In this document: piece by piece, positions 45,290-57,652 of the stretch
Position numbering within the stretch: the first letter of the stretch is position 1
How the letters are laid out: every line of letters starts with the position of its first letter
NCBI GenBank assembly: GCA_037447605.1
Contig: CM074805.1
Location: 4,125,361-4,189,360, forward strand
DNA from: Zygnema circumcarinatum SAG 698-1b
Taxonomy: Eukaryota; Plantae; Zygnematophyceae
Length of the DNA stretch: 64,000 nucleotides
Direction of reading: 5' to 3'
The notes under the pieces: generated by a model
What the model was told of the DNA's origin: nothing
The model's input: only the letters and a program-made list of their open reading frames with translations
Database searches by the model: none
Position numbers and translations under genes: made by a program

Positions 45290-46519
45290 GTTAAAAAATA
45301 TTTTTTATTGTTTGTCTTCTACAATCCTGCATTGTAGAAGTTTGGCCCGAGACGAAAAAAACGTCAAACTTGGAGATGTGAAGGCAGTGGAAGGAGAGCA
45401 CACATTCGGTGGTTCTGAAGTTACATGCGATTGCAGTTCAGTCCAAGCGTTGTTTGTGAGGCTGGCTGCTTCTTTTTGAAAGTTAAGAGGACCTTTTAGG
45501 GAAGCAGGCTCTCCACTTTGTGACGAGATAAGAGAGCTTCTCTGCAAGGAGAGTCTCCATGTACAGTTGCCAGTTCGGTCATTCGTCCTTCTGTAGATAT
45601 AGGACAGGAAGTCAGTTCGGTTAATCGTCCTCTTGTAGATACAGGAACTGAAACAGAAGAGGGCGCAGGGAAGGAGAGGGGTGGGAGATTGGTACGACCT
45701 CCGTACGATCGATTCCTTTCTTCTTAGAATTTTTTTGTCATTGGTTGATCTGTCCATTCATTCAACCTTTTTTTATTTTGTTTTACTTTGCCATTTTATT
45801 TCAAAATAAAATGCATGTGTCGAAGTTGGGTCAATCTGATTATGAAAAGTTGTTTGTAAGTCTTCCAGCCAAAAAGCAATGATTTTCCATTGGCATAACT
45901 GAATTTACAAAGAAAGTAATACCTCCTCTCTCACTCTGTCTTTGTCTCTCTCTCTCTCTCCCACACTCTCTCTCGCTCTCTCTCTCTCTCCCACACTCTC
46001 TCGCTCCTCTCTCTTACTCTCTGCTGTCCGTAGCAGACTTGATTTTCTTCTCAAATCATTACGGTACATTTCCAGCTACTTATGAAGTCCCAAATTCGCA
46101 GAAAAATATGTCAGGACTCGAACCCAGGACCTGGGCCTCACTGACGGCTCTCCGGATTCCCTACTGCAAGTACGATCTGAATGGCGTCTTGGATGTATCG
46201 CGATATATATAAATCGCGTATGTCTATATCGCGATACGATAGTTGGCGGGTTGGATAGTTGAGGGTGCAGGGTTTTTGAAGGCCTCTCTCCGCCCGCCCT
46301 GGCAGCCTTCTGCTTGCATCCTCTCCCGCTTGCAAGGCCTTGGGAGCGAGAGAGGGAGAGAGAGAGTGAGAGAGAGAGAGAGACATAGGGACGTAAATAG
46401 TGCTTGTGATCATTTGTGTCTTGCCGAGCAAGATTTCGAGAGAAAAATAGAGGGAGAGAGAGGAAGGGGGAGAGAAAGGAAGGGGTAGGGAACGACAAAG
46501 AAGAGGAGAGGGAAAAGAG

Positions 46520-49500
46520 ATGCCGCACTTCTCGGTGCCGGAGCTGGCCGATAATCCGGACGGCTGGGGGCCTACCACGGTGCCTGAGCAGTTCAAGGAC
46601 GTGCCGTACGCGCCCTTCAACAAGGGCGATCGGCTCGGGAGAGCTTCCGACTGGACGGGCCAGGCCTACAAGTATGGCAACCAAGGTAGGGAGCAGAGCG
46701 AGAGGGAGGGAGAGAGAGGGAGAAGGAGAGAGGCTCTCAGGCACGGCCGGAGGAAGGGCCTTGAGCACCGGACTTTGTCTTGTCGATTTTCTTTCTGTGT
46801 GTGATTCGGTAAGTTAGGGATTCTGGTTCAAAATTGAAAAAGCATTCAAGTTTTTGGTTTGATGCTTTGCCGGAGATCATGCTGGATTGAGGAAGGTTAA
46901 TTTTCTTGCGTTTGAAATCTCAGGGCGCTTCGACAGGGAGCGAGGAGTTATAAACGCGGCGTTTAGTTTCTTTCACAATGAAGATGAAGTGAGTCGCCGA
47001 ATTCTTCTTGTCTATATGATTCCTTGCGTGAACATTTTACTAATTTTTTGCAGTTTTTTACTTCGACACTTTTTTTATCAAAATTTTGAAGTGACCGTGT
47101 TGCGCACTGGAAACTTCGCGTATGTAATTGAGTGGATGAGTTTTGACCTAAATTTTGACCCGAATTTGCAGGATTCGTTCCACTTGGTCGACAGCAGGCC
47201 TCCTCCGCGGCCCAAGTATGGAGTGCGTCGCTTTCAACAGGTAAGCCGCTGCTGCCGAGGCTTCAAATAGCTCTGCTAGCTTTTTCTTGAAAATTACATG
47301 GAAGAATCGCAGCTGTCGACCGAGGCATGATACGGATTTTGGAAGATGAGTATTGCATAGGCAGTTATGAGTATGAGCGTTTGAGCATTTTGGCCCCTTT
47401 AACTAGCTTCCTTACCCTGTTGTAATTCGGTTTTTGTATTTTTTTATTCTGAGATATCATCCCTGTTGCAATGTTACATATGTTTTCAGAACCGGTTTCA
47501 GCAGCAGCGGCAGCGTGAAGAGGCGAGGAGGGACGGAGGGAGAGATAGCGGAGCTGGAGCAGACAGAGAGAGGCAGCGGCGGGAACGCATGCAGCAGCAA
47601 AAGAGAGGGCAATGGAATCAGTACTTTGACAATAGAAATGCACCTCGGATTGTCTACAATAGCTCGGTATGTATTCGAACTCACAGCCTTGGACATCCCA
47701 CCACCCTTTTTTCATTTTGTAATCGGCAGATCGTGCCGAAAATTCTTGGCATGATCGTTTGCCCTACCTGTAAGGTTTAAGCTTATCTTTGCTTAACAGT
47801 CTATAGCGAGAGTATTATGAAAGTAAATGAGCAAGTCACGTCATTGTTTTGAGATAATGCAGTTATGTTTGGTGGAATTTCTGTCCACGCTAATGAACTC
47901 GGTTGATCAAACTTGATACATACACTATGTTGCATGAGGCGACTTGTCGATCATCAGCATCCAGAAGACCATGGAGACATGCTTGTTTCTCATTGGCTTC
48001 ACTTTAGAATGTATGAACAGGAATTATGTGAAAACAGGTGACAATCGGCGTGATTTTGGTACTTCTGACTTAAAAAATGCTCAGCGTAGATGCTTGTGAA
48101 CGAGAATTCCATTTTTTCTGTTCTCATCCTGTTCACAAGCTCCTGTACCAAAGAGCATGCGTTGAGACCCTTTGTACCTCCACACTTGAAATTCATTTTC
48201 ATGTTCTTGATGGCCTGTTTGCTTCTCAAATACGTTCCATTTGTGGCTTCGCATGTTTTCATGTACATGGTTCTTCGTGTAAAAGTATCTGACGTTGAAA
48301 TGCTGTCCTTCGTTTACAGGTGGATATCCGGGCAGAGTGGGTGGTGCTGGAGCAGCTTCCTCTCTCTTCCTTTGCTAAGCTCAGCTTTGATGCTGGAGAA
48401 CCGGAGGATATGTAAGTCATTGAATGGCAGAAGAGAACGCAGTTTGGAGAATTTCTTGAACGAGGACAATTGTAGGAGAATCAGTGATCATGTGAGAAGT
48501 GGGCTAGTAAGTTTGGAAGCACGTGAATTATAGGCAGTGTGAAAACTTTTCCAATGGAGGAGCGGGGTGCAATTGAAGGTGTTTTCCGTCCTTAGAGGTT
48601 TGTATGCATTGGTATTACGTTTGTCTATCACAATGAACAGATTATCGGTTTTTTGCTTAGTGCCGTACATTTCAAATACAGAATTGTCGTTATGGTAGTG
48701 GCCGTAGCTCATGTACCCTCAGCCTTTATCCCTTCACGTTTTTATTGCATGGAGTAGTACAATAGGTTAAGCCTGTTTTTTGGCATGAACATACGTTCCC
48801 TCTGCTTCTATTGATGCTTGAAGTGATGCTTTCTGCAATGTGGCAGCACCACCTGTGGAACATTAGAGTATTATGAAAAAGCCTACGACCGTATCACTCC
48901 TAAGGTGCATATTTACACGAAAACCTTTTCTTCCACGAAGAATAAGTCGGATCAAATTCGTGCGGGCAGGTGCTGTCAGGAATGCTGAGTCCGTTAGAGA
49001 CTTCATCATTGTGTTGAGGCGTCGTGCCTTAACGACTGACCGTATCATATGGTTACTTCTTTTCTGCAGATGGAGAGGCCTTTGGAGAGGTTTGAGAACA
49101 GACAGTTTCACAAAGTTACCACCAGTGATGACCCAGTCATCAGGTACAGTCATTAAAGCTGCTCCTACTCCCCTTCTCTCCCTTCCTTCCCTCCCGATTT
49201 CCCCTCCTTCGTCCATATTTCACCTTTCCTTTTCCTCATTTCCTCAATTTTGCGTCTTTCATGTAGTCTGTTTCTCATTTAATCGGCTAAGTTCTGGGAG
49301 CGTTTTGGGTGGGCTTGCAGGCGACTTGCTAGCGAAGATGTGGGCACTGTGTTTGCGACAGATACCATTCTATCAACGCTTATGTGTGCCCCCCGCTCGG
49401 TGTATTCATGGGATATTGTTGTCCAGCGTGTAGGGAATAAACTCTTCTTTGACCAGCGAGACGTTTCTTTTGACCTTCTCACAGTGCATGAGACTGCAGT

Positions 49501-51571
49501 TCCTCTGGAAGCCGTACCTGATGATAGCATCAACTCTGTCAATTCTCTCAGTCAGGAAGCCACTTTCATCAATCAAAACTTTTCACAGCAAGTTCTGATG
49601 AAGGTGAGTGAGGACTGCTGACGATGAGCATAGCATGGAGACTAATCTGGAGTTACCTGGACTTGCTATTTCATGAGCACTGAATAAAATCTTTTGACAA
49701 TTCCAGGTTTTTAGTCAAAGCAGATGATTCATATATCTGAAGCATAGTTTGAGCGTTTCTATGCAGGATGGACCGAAGTACCAGTTCAAAGAGGCAAATC
49801 CGTTTGCAGCTGAAGGGGAAGAGGTTGCTTCTGTGGCATATCGATACCGCAAGTGGAAGCTTGATGAGGTGAGAATCACTTCAAAGAAACTCACTTGAAT
49901 ATAGTCAAATTGAGATGCCAAAGCCTCCTGTTTGCAAAGACGAAACGTATGCATGAGATGGGCTTTAAATTTAACTTTCGTAACGTTCTGCAGGAAACAA
50001 CGCTCGTAGCAAGATGCTCCCTCGACTGTGTGATGGAGCTTCGCGGGCAGGAGGTTTATGCAACTGTGAATGCGCTCAATGAGTTTGATCCAAAGCTTAC
50101 AGGGATGGATTGGAGGCAGAAGATTGAGAACCAAAAGGGAGCGGTATGTTGACTATCCCCGCAATTTTTTTTGCCCCAAATAATGGCTGAATATAGGTCC
50201 AAGGAACCTCTTTGTCAAGCTTTCCACTATTGCAGCAAGTTATGTTAGGGGAGCTCCGTATTCCTGGTACAGGAATGATGCCCTCAGTGTTAAAGATTTG
50301 ATTGCTGAAGGAAGCTTGTGGAGTGGGTGAGCAGGTGCTTGCAACAGAGCTGAAGAACAATGGGAACAAGTTGGCTAAATGGACGGCACAAGCCATCATG
50401 GCGGGTGCTGAGCTGGTAAGCTTTCTTCCCATTTGGGCTTCTTATGTTGCTATCGAAGGAGAGGATCGGGAGTTGTTTGCATATCGTACATATACCACAA
50501 ACGAGGTAGAATCTGACCTTTTTAATTATTATGCATGTTTTGTCTCCTTGGGCAGATGAAGCTGGGCTATGTTTCGCGCACTCATCCGCGAGACAACTTC
50601 AATCATGTGATTTTGACGGTGCAAGCGTATAAGCCGAAAGAATTCGCAGCACAGATGACTTTGGGTATCAATAGCATGTGGGGCATTCTCAAGGTGAGAG
50701 GTTGCACTCAGGCAATAACCACCCTTTCCCTGATCTCCCCCACTCTTCCGCCTTCTCCGACCTTCCAACCATGTGACGAGGAAGGAATATTCTTGAAGAT
50801 TTTTGTTAGCTGACTTTTGCTAGTTGTATGTTTGTGCATGAGCGCAGGCGTTGGTTGACATGTGCATGAAGCTGGATGAGGGGAAGTACCTCCTTGTTAA
50901 GGATCCTAACAAGCCTATTGTCAGGTATCGTCCTTCTACCAACATAGAAGATGTGTGGAGAGATGCCTTTCCGCTGTGTGGTACACAGTTTGGCCATTTT
51001 GCTGACTTATGTTCCTATCATTATAATGCTCGTGAATGTAAGGGGCTTCGAAGGAGAGGGAAGGATAGTCCTTGTTGGAAGTCTCTACTTCAATTTCTCG
51101 ACGCGGGATGCCCTTCAGCATGCTGAGGTGTCTCTATGGGATGGAAGGCCAGCCAATGGGCTCTGACGCGCAAACCCTAAATTTTCAATTGCAGGCTCTA
51201 TGAGGTTCCGAGTGATGCGTTCGAGAACGATTATGTGGAAGAACCACTTCCAGAGGTATGAACGGATCTTTGACATGGCCTGTCCTCAGTCGCATTCTTT
51301 GTCTCTCTTAACACAACGTATGTAGAGAGAGAGTGGGAGTGAAGTGGGTGGGAGGGAGGGAGAGAGAGAGGGAGAGAGAGAGAGAGAGAGAGGGGGGGAG
51401 GGGAAGGGGGAGACGGGAGAAGGGCGAGGGGGGGATAAGGAGAAAGGGAGAGTGGGAGTGAGAGTAAGTAACAACCGGAACCCTCCTTGTGAATTGCAGG
51501 AGGAGCAGGCTCCACCTCCAGCAGAAGAAGAAGAGAAGACAGAAAACGCGGAAAAGGATTTGGAGATTTGA
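46520..51571 (+). CDS. eIF3d: Eukaryotic translation initiation factor 3 subunit D
   Basis: [26 protein letters not shown]; DSFHLVD; [17 protein letters not shown]; [33 protein letters not shown]; YRYRKWKL; [19 protein letters not shown]; [12 protein letters not shown]; acidic tail. Confidence 0.97.
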
Positions 51572-53145
51572 GTACAGCACGGTCAAGCGGTTGCTTCTGA
51601 GCCTACGGAATGCAAGAGCTTGGCTCGGTCTGTGCACGGTTAGATTCTTTGGGGCCTGCGTAAAGGCCGGAGGGACGCTTGTTTGAGAAAGAGAGGCTGC
51701 TGGAAGCAAGAGAGGGCGCAATTTTGAAGTTCTGTTGAGAGAGTTGCTTCAGCAAAGCTTAATATTTCAGCCTTTATCCAGCCTTATTTGTTTTTTATAC
51801 TATGCACCTGTTAGGAACTCGTTGGCCAGCCGTTGTTCCTATGGGGAATGTAAGCGCGGTCGGAATAGTGCATGCAATGGAGACATTGTCATGGTCAGAA
51901 TGACTCGGTGGCGCGTTATGTGGACGAATTCTGGATACGAATAATCTATGACTCTTGAGGGATTCGAGGTGCTTCTGTATGGGTGCTTCCAGCTAACCCG
52001 CATCGCCTTGAGGCCACCTGCTTTGTCAACCGCAGATGAGTACCGTATAAGAAGCAATGTCTTGGCAACTACTTTTCAAACGAGAGTCCTGCTGCCCAGT
52101 TTGCGTGCAAGTCGATGACGCCGTGGGCAGTCTGCCGTTGGTCCATGCCTTCAACTTTTTTACGCCCTCGCGAGACAAACGTGCTTCAAGCCTTCCGGGG
52201 GGATTCCGACCCTCAGAGCACATACATGTCCATGCACATGTGAGCTCGATTCTGTCTAGTTTGCGGAAATCGCAGCGGGGAACTGCGTGCAAAGACCACC
52301 TCCCTGTTGAGCTGCGACGGTGCTCCGTTACTTCGTACACGTTTGTCCCATTTAACGTACGACCGTACGGTCCTAAATTTTTGACCGATTGTGGCTGCCA
52401 CGTGTCCCTTCCCGCAAGCCGACGCACCGACCAGCGCCGGGGACGAGCGGCGGCCCCCGGTCCAATGTTTCATCGCCACGTCAGATCTCCTTGTTCTTTT
52501 TGGGCATGCCTGGTGCCACGTGGCGCCCCTTATTCGCCGTCGCGAGGGGGAAGTCTCCAAAGAATCAAAGGAGCAGACACGTGTAAAAACGCTCTCCTAC
52601 TGGCCATGTATGTGTACCATCTGTACGAAACCCGTACTGATTGGGTACGAAAGGAGAGTGGGTCGAGTGACGAGGCCACGACCCATAATTGGGCCGGGCG
52701 GCACGCCGGGGGGGCTCGCCACTTTGAGCTCGGGGGGGGGGGAAGGAGGGAGAGGGAGAGGGAGAGCGGGCGAGGGAGCGGGAGAGGGAGAGGGAGTGGG
52801 AGAGAGGGGAGAGGGAGAGGGGGGAGGGAGGAAGCAGGCATGGAGGAGATGACCTCATTGAAGAGATTTATAGGGAAGTAGCTCGAAGAACGCTGCGTAC
52901 ACTAGAGAACAAAGGGACGAACGACCGTGCCAGAGAGAGAGAGGTAGAGAGAGAGTGAGAGAGGGAGGCAAGGAGGGAGATATCTCTGAGGAGGTTTACA
53001 GGGAAATAGCTCAAATAAAGACGGCGTGCACGAGAGAACAAAGGGAAGAACGTACGAGCTAGAGAGGGAGACATAGAGAGAGAGAGAGTGGGAGAGGGAG
53101 GGAGGGAGAGAAAGGAGGCGCCTTTGAGTGCATGCAGAGTGGACG

Positions 53146-56100
53146 ATGCAGGGCAAGAGAGTGAGCGCGGGTCCATACGAGGATGAGAGCGTGCCGAAGT
53201 GGACGGACGACTCGTGCGGATGGTGGTCGCTGGTCGTCATCATCCTCGCGTGCGCGCTATCCGGATTTTTTTTCATGTGGGTGACGGACGGGGGGGGCAG
53301 GGAGGGAGGGATGGTGGGGAGGGAGGAGAGGGAGGGGAGGCGGAAAGGGAAGGAGGGAGGTGGGGAAGGGGGTGAGGGGAGCGTGAGGGAGAAAGGAAAG
53401 GAAAGAAGATGGAGTTGGGGATAGATTCGAGAGGCGGGGAGAAGGAGAGAGGTTAGAGACGGAAGTGGGGAGAGAGGGAAATGGGAGGCAGGGGAACGAT
53501 GGGAGGGAGGGATCATTCTGTAGTAATTGATTGGAGGAATTGGGGATGCATTGGAAGGAGAAAGCCTGTTTCAGTACGGGAAGGGTGGAGGGAGAGTGTG
53601 GGCGTGCTGCTTGAGGTTTCGGTTTGAAGGTTTGGGAAGGGGAGTGGCTGCTTGCGTTACGGGGCCTTCCCTTTGGCGGAACCCTGTCGCCTGCAAATGT
53701 ATTAACTTTGTCCGGTTAGTTTTTGTTATTTTGAGTGGGTGGTTTGATCGTGTAGGAGATAGGGAAGAGTTGAGTAGGAGAGGTAGGACGGGATGGGGAG
53801 GGGAGAAGGGGGAAAGACGGAGTGTAGGAGGGAATGGACGAGGGAGAGGGAGGAGGGAGGGCGAGCGAAATTGAAATCGAGGGGGAGGTGGGCGCAGCAT
53901 CCCGGGCATTGCGAACTTGGTGGAGAAGGTTTTCCTCTTTGCGGGAGTGGCGGTCTGCATGCTGCTCGCTCTCATCTTTCTCATCCTCGTCGAGCGAGTC
54001 GACCCGGGAGTCGTCGCACCTAACATCAACAAAGGTGCCTCGCCCTCTCCCACTCCCTCGCTCTCTCCCTGTGTCTCTCTCCCCTTCTGTCGCTCTCTCC
54101 CTCCCCTGCTCTCTTGCCCCCTCCTCACCCCCTCCCTCTCTCTCATTCTCTCCCCTTTCTCCCTTCCTGTCCTCCTCCCCTCCCTCAAAACTTAGCGGCC
54201 CTCAAGAAGGAGACAATCTTTCACTAGCAGATTCCATCAGCTCAAGATGAAGGGAGTAATCATTCAATTGACTTTAATGGTTCACTCAAGTCCACCCATT
54301 CTTTGCTCCCATTACGCAGATCATCATATAACATCTCCAAAATAATGTGCTTAAATAATTTGCTCCGTTTCTGACCCAATTCCCTTGCTGGTGGCTGCTG
54401 CAGACCCCCTGATTGCTCTGGCGGAGGTGGGCACCATAGCTCCGGATTTAGTGCAGGACGAGAGGGGGCAGTGGGTGAGGAGACGCTTCTCTCCCGAAGG
54501 GCAGACGGAGGCGGTAGAGCGCTACTGCAGCACCTGCCATATATGGAGGCAGCCCAGAACAAGCCACTGCTCTAAGTGCGGCTACTGCATGGAGGTCAGC
54601 GTCTTGCACTTCCTATAAAGTTCTTATTATTTTTATTACTTTTTGTTGATTTGAGTGCAACTGCGGGTATCTACATTGAGATAGGTCATGATTTCAAGTC
54701 CCCCCCATTTTCTTTGTTTTTAAGACGTTTTCTTCTTGTCTCGTTTGGATGCGCTGGACGGAGTTGTGCAGGAGATTGGGGAAAGGGGAGTAAGGTTTTC
54801 TAATTTTGCGTTGACTTCTGGTTGGATGCAGAGATTTGACCACCACTGCGGAGCAGTTGGAACTTGCATCGCGAAGAAGAATCACCGCTTCTTTGTGGCG
54901 TTCCTGTTTTTCTCCTCCATGGTAAGATAATTCCTCCGACCCTCTTCAATTCCAGAACGCATGCCAAGCGGCCCCTCTCTCTCTCTCTCTCTCCTACTTA
55001 TCTCGCCTGATTGGTTATGACTCGATTGCAGGGGGCTGCGATGCTCTTAGTTGCATGCATCCTTCGCTTGGAGGAGGACAACTGGGGCCAGTGAGTGAAC
55101 TCTCCCTCTCTCTCTTTCTCTTTTTCGATGCTTGAACAAGCAAATGAGGCATCATCCCTTAGTTCCACTGTTAGAAAACATAACGGAATGCATAATGGCG
55201 AAAGGTAATGGAAATCAATACGGTGACTTGTCTGAGAACTTTTAGACGAGGAAAAAAGGGTGTGAAGCTTGTTCCTTGATGCTATAGTTAAAAAGAACTG
55301 TAAAATCTTTTCTTGCATGGGACCGTTATTAAACACTTTTGAGGTTCTTGGAAACATTCGCAGGCATCCAGGAGCCACCGCTTGGGAGAACTGGCGCACC
55401 ATTGTCTTAGGCATCCTCGCATTCGTCTACTTTTACATCACCTTCTTGTTCTTCTTTGCCATACTCCACTGTGCCATTCTTGTTTGCGGTACGTGCTGAC
55501 ACTTTAAAATAATAACGACTACTACTAAGAAAATGATGAGGACTGAACAATACGGCAAACGCTGAATCGATGCTTGACGCTCTTTATGCTTCAGGAGTTA
55601 CGTTGCTCAGAGCATGCGTATGCGCATGTACACAGACCCCTCACCAGCAACCCTAAGGCCGACCTGTTTCCAAGATTGCCATACTAACCCAAACGATCTC
55701 CTGTTTGCGATCCTGCCTTAGCCTTGCTTACCCTGACCCTAATCCTATCCCTATCCCTAACCCTAACCCTTACCCTACCCCTTACCCTACCCCTTACCCC
55801 TTCCTTACCCCTTACCCCTTACCCCTTCCTTACCCCTTACCCCTTACCCCTTCCTTACCCCTTACCCCTTACCCCTTCCTTACCCCTTACCCCTTACCCC
55901 TTACCCCTTACCCCTTACCCCTTACCCCTTACCCCTTACCCCTTACCCCTTACCCCTTACCCCTTACCCCTTACCCCTTACCCCTTACCCCTTACCCCTT
56001 ACCCCTTACCCCTTACCCCTAACCCTAACTCTGCGCCCCCTTCTCCGTATCCCTCCCAGACTTCACCACGAAGCAGTACGTGAAGTCGCGGCGCGGCGGC

Positions 56101-56331
56101 GCGGCCGTGCGGTGTCCGACGGCCCGCGAGTGGGCGCGCAACCTCGCGGCCGTCTGCTGCGCGGAGGTGCGCTCCAAGCACCGCCAGCCGCAGGCCCCGC
56201 CCGCGCCCGCCCGCCAGGACCAGCCCAAGCCCGCCAGGAGGGCCATGGGGCCGCCGCCGGGAGGCAGGGGAGGGGGGGGAGGGAGAGGGGGGGGGGCTCA
56301 GGGAGAGACCTCGGGAGGGTCACCGGTTTAG
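53146..56331 (+). CDS. DHHC-type protein S-acyltransferase (palmitoyltransferase); 7 exons
   Basis: Two N-terminal TM helices and DPG; cysteine-rich domain RYCSTCHIWRQPRTSHCSKCGYCME|RFDHHCGAVGTCIAKKNHRFF; two further TM helices; TTKQ in place of TTxE. The true start may lie further upstream. Confidence 0.9.
55755..56029. repeat. Telomere-like (TTACCCC)n array bounded by CCCTAA units, in the last DHHC intron
   Basis: Directly visible 7-mer repeat; CCCTAACCCTAA at the 5' side and CCCTAACCCTAAC at the 3' side. Confidence 0.9.
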
Positions 56332-57652
56332 GGTGGAGGAAACGGGAGAGAGTGGAGGTTGAGAAGGGGGGTCTTGAGGGTCTGATTGAGTGGGTTAGGA
56401 TAGGTTAGGGAAGTTTATATGTTTTGAGCATTCTTTTTGGCAGAGAAGAGCGTTGTACATTTGTAGGCAGTTGTCCCTGTACGTACAGGGAAATGTAGAG
56501 AGGCAACCGAACGTTAAAGTAGAGTGAGCGAGTGCATGCGCCGAAGGCTCCAATTTGCATGATTTTGTTAATGCTGTATCGAATGTTCATTGATGAGCTT
56601 CTAGGTTAATGTGTATAGAAGTCCACCCTGTGGCTCAGGGATCGCTGTGAGGTAGATGGATGGGAGGTAGCGAGGGGACATTTGTATTCAGGTGTAACCA
56701 CGTTTAGATGTATTGAGAAATAAATCAAATTCAATACAGCAGGCACTTTATTTGTAGCTTCTCTGAAGAGCCGCAAGGGGCCGTCATCCTCTTTCTTTGA
56801 TGGCAAAAAACCGTGGACGAACGCACCATCTCCTCCCTCGATGTCGTTTGTTTTCCCTGCCCCTATTCTCGTCCTCTCCCTCTTCCTCTCTCACTCCCTC
56901 TCCCGCGCCCTCTCCCTCGCTTCTCAACACCTCCCTTTTAAAAACGTTGCGTGCTATCAGATCAGCACAGGCGGTAGTGAACTCACGGCTGCCCTCTTAC
57001 AGGAGGAGCAGCCACCAATTTCGTTTATCTGTATCCAATGGGCAAAGCCATTCAGTTTTGACGTTATGAATCTGCAGCCATCGCTATCTTAGTTGGCCAT
57101 TGCTCCTTCAAATCCTCTTCGTGACTTCATTGCTCCAAGAGCGAGAGCGAGAGAGAGAGACACACGCCAACTTTCATACGTTCATAAGCGAGCCATAGGA
57201 TTTTCTCCACAATTTGGAGCTGCGGGGAACATGTATGCATGCATGGATCATGAGCAAACTACCGACAAACGTTCTTATTTTTTTCTTTTCTTTTAGACAC
57301 CAGTCTTCACAGGTCTGTAGGTATACCTTACCAGTGAATAGGTTAAGGAAAAAAAATTACATTGGCCACTATTTTTTATGGAATTGTCGGCATTGTAAGC
57401 ACTATCAGAGGATCATATGTACAAAGCTCGTTACATGCAGGTCAGACCTCTGTGACCGATCCAGCCAAACCTTTGCTACCGTCCCCATCTTATCACCGAC
57501 GATCAAGTTGATTCAAAATCCTAAAACATGTACACTAAAGTTTTACTACACAAAGGTGGTGCTGACTGTCGTCAGTAGACCTCTATACACTCTCTCTCTC
57601 TCTCTCTCCGCCCCTCCCACTCTTCCTCTCTTCCTCTCTCCCTCGATCTGTA

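Larger units (their letters stand above)
40157..46104. repeat. Large inverted duplication (palindrome): arms of about 2.9 kb, spacer of about 100 bp (about 43040-43140)
   Basis: Mirror ORFs have constant coordinate sums (41923+44283 = 40917+45289 = 42753+43453 = 86206). The outer ends TTTCTGCGAATTTGGGACTTCATAAG and CTTATGAAGTCCCAAATTCGCAGAAA are reverse complements. Confidence 0.97.

Noticed and set aside
40157-46104. Palindrome as a Mutator or foldback transposon with giant TIRs
   Set aside because: No target-site duplication visible at 40157/46104, no transposase motifs, and the arms are themselves gene copies.
49618-49685. Possible intronic C/D snoRNA in eIF3d (CGATGA...CTGA)
   Set aside because: Imperfect C box, no terminal stem and no recognisable rRNA guide.
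52057-52881. 274 aa + strand ORF
   Set aside because: Spans GC-rich promoter and GA-repeat sequence with no domain or splice support; probably a chance ORF.
55705-56083. PYPLPLT-repeat extensin-like ORFs
   Set aside because: Translations of the intronic 7-mer repeat; the DHHC exons on either side join in phase without them.
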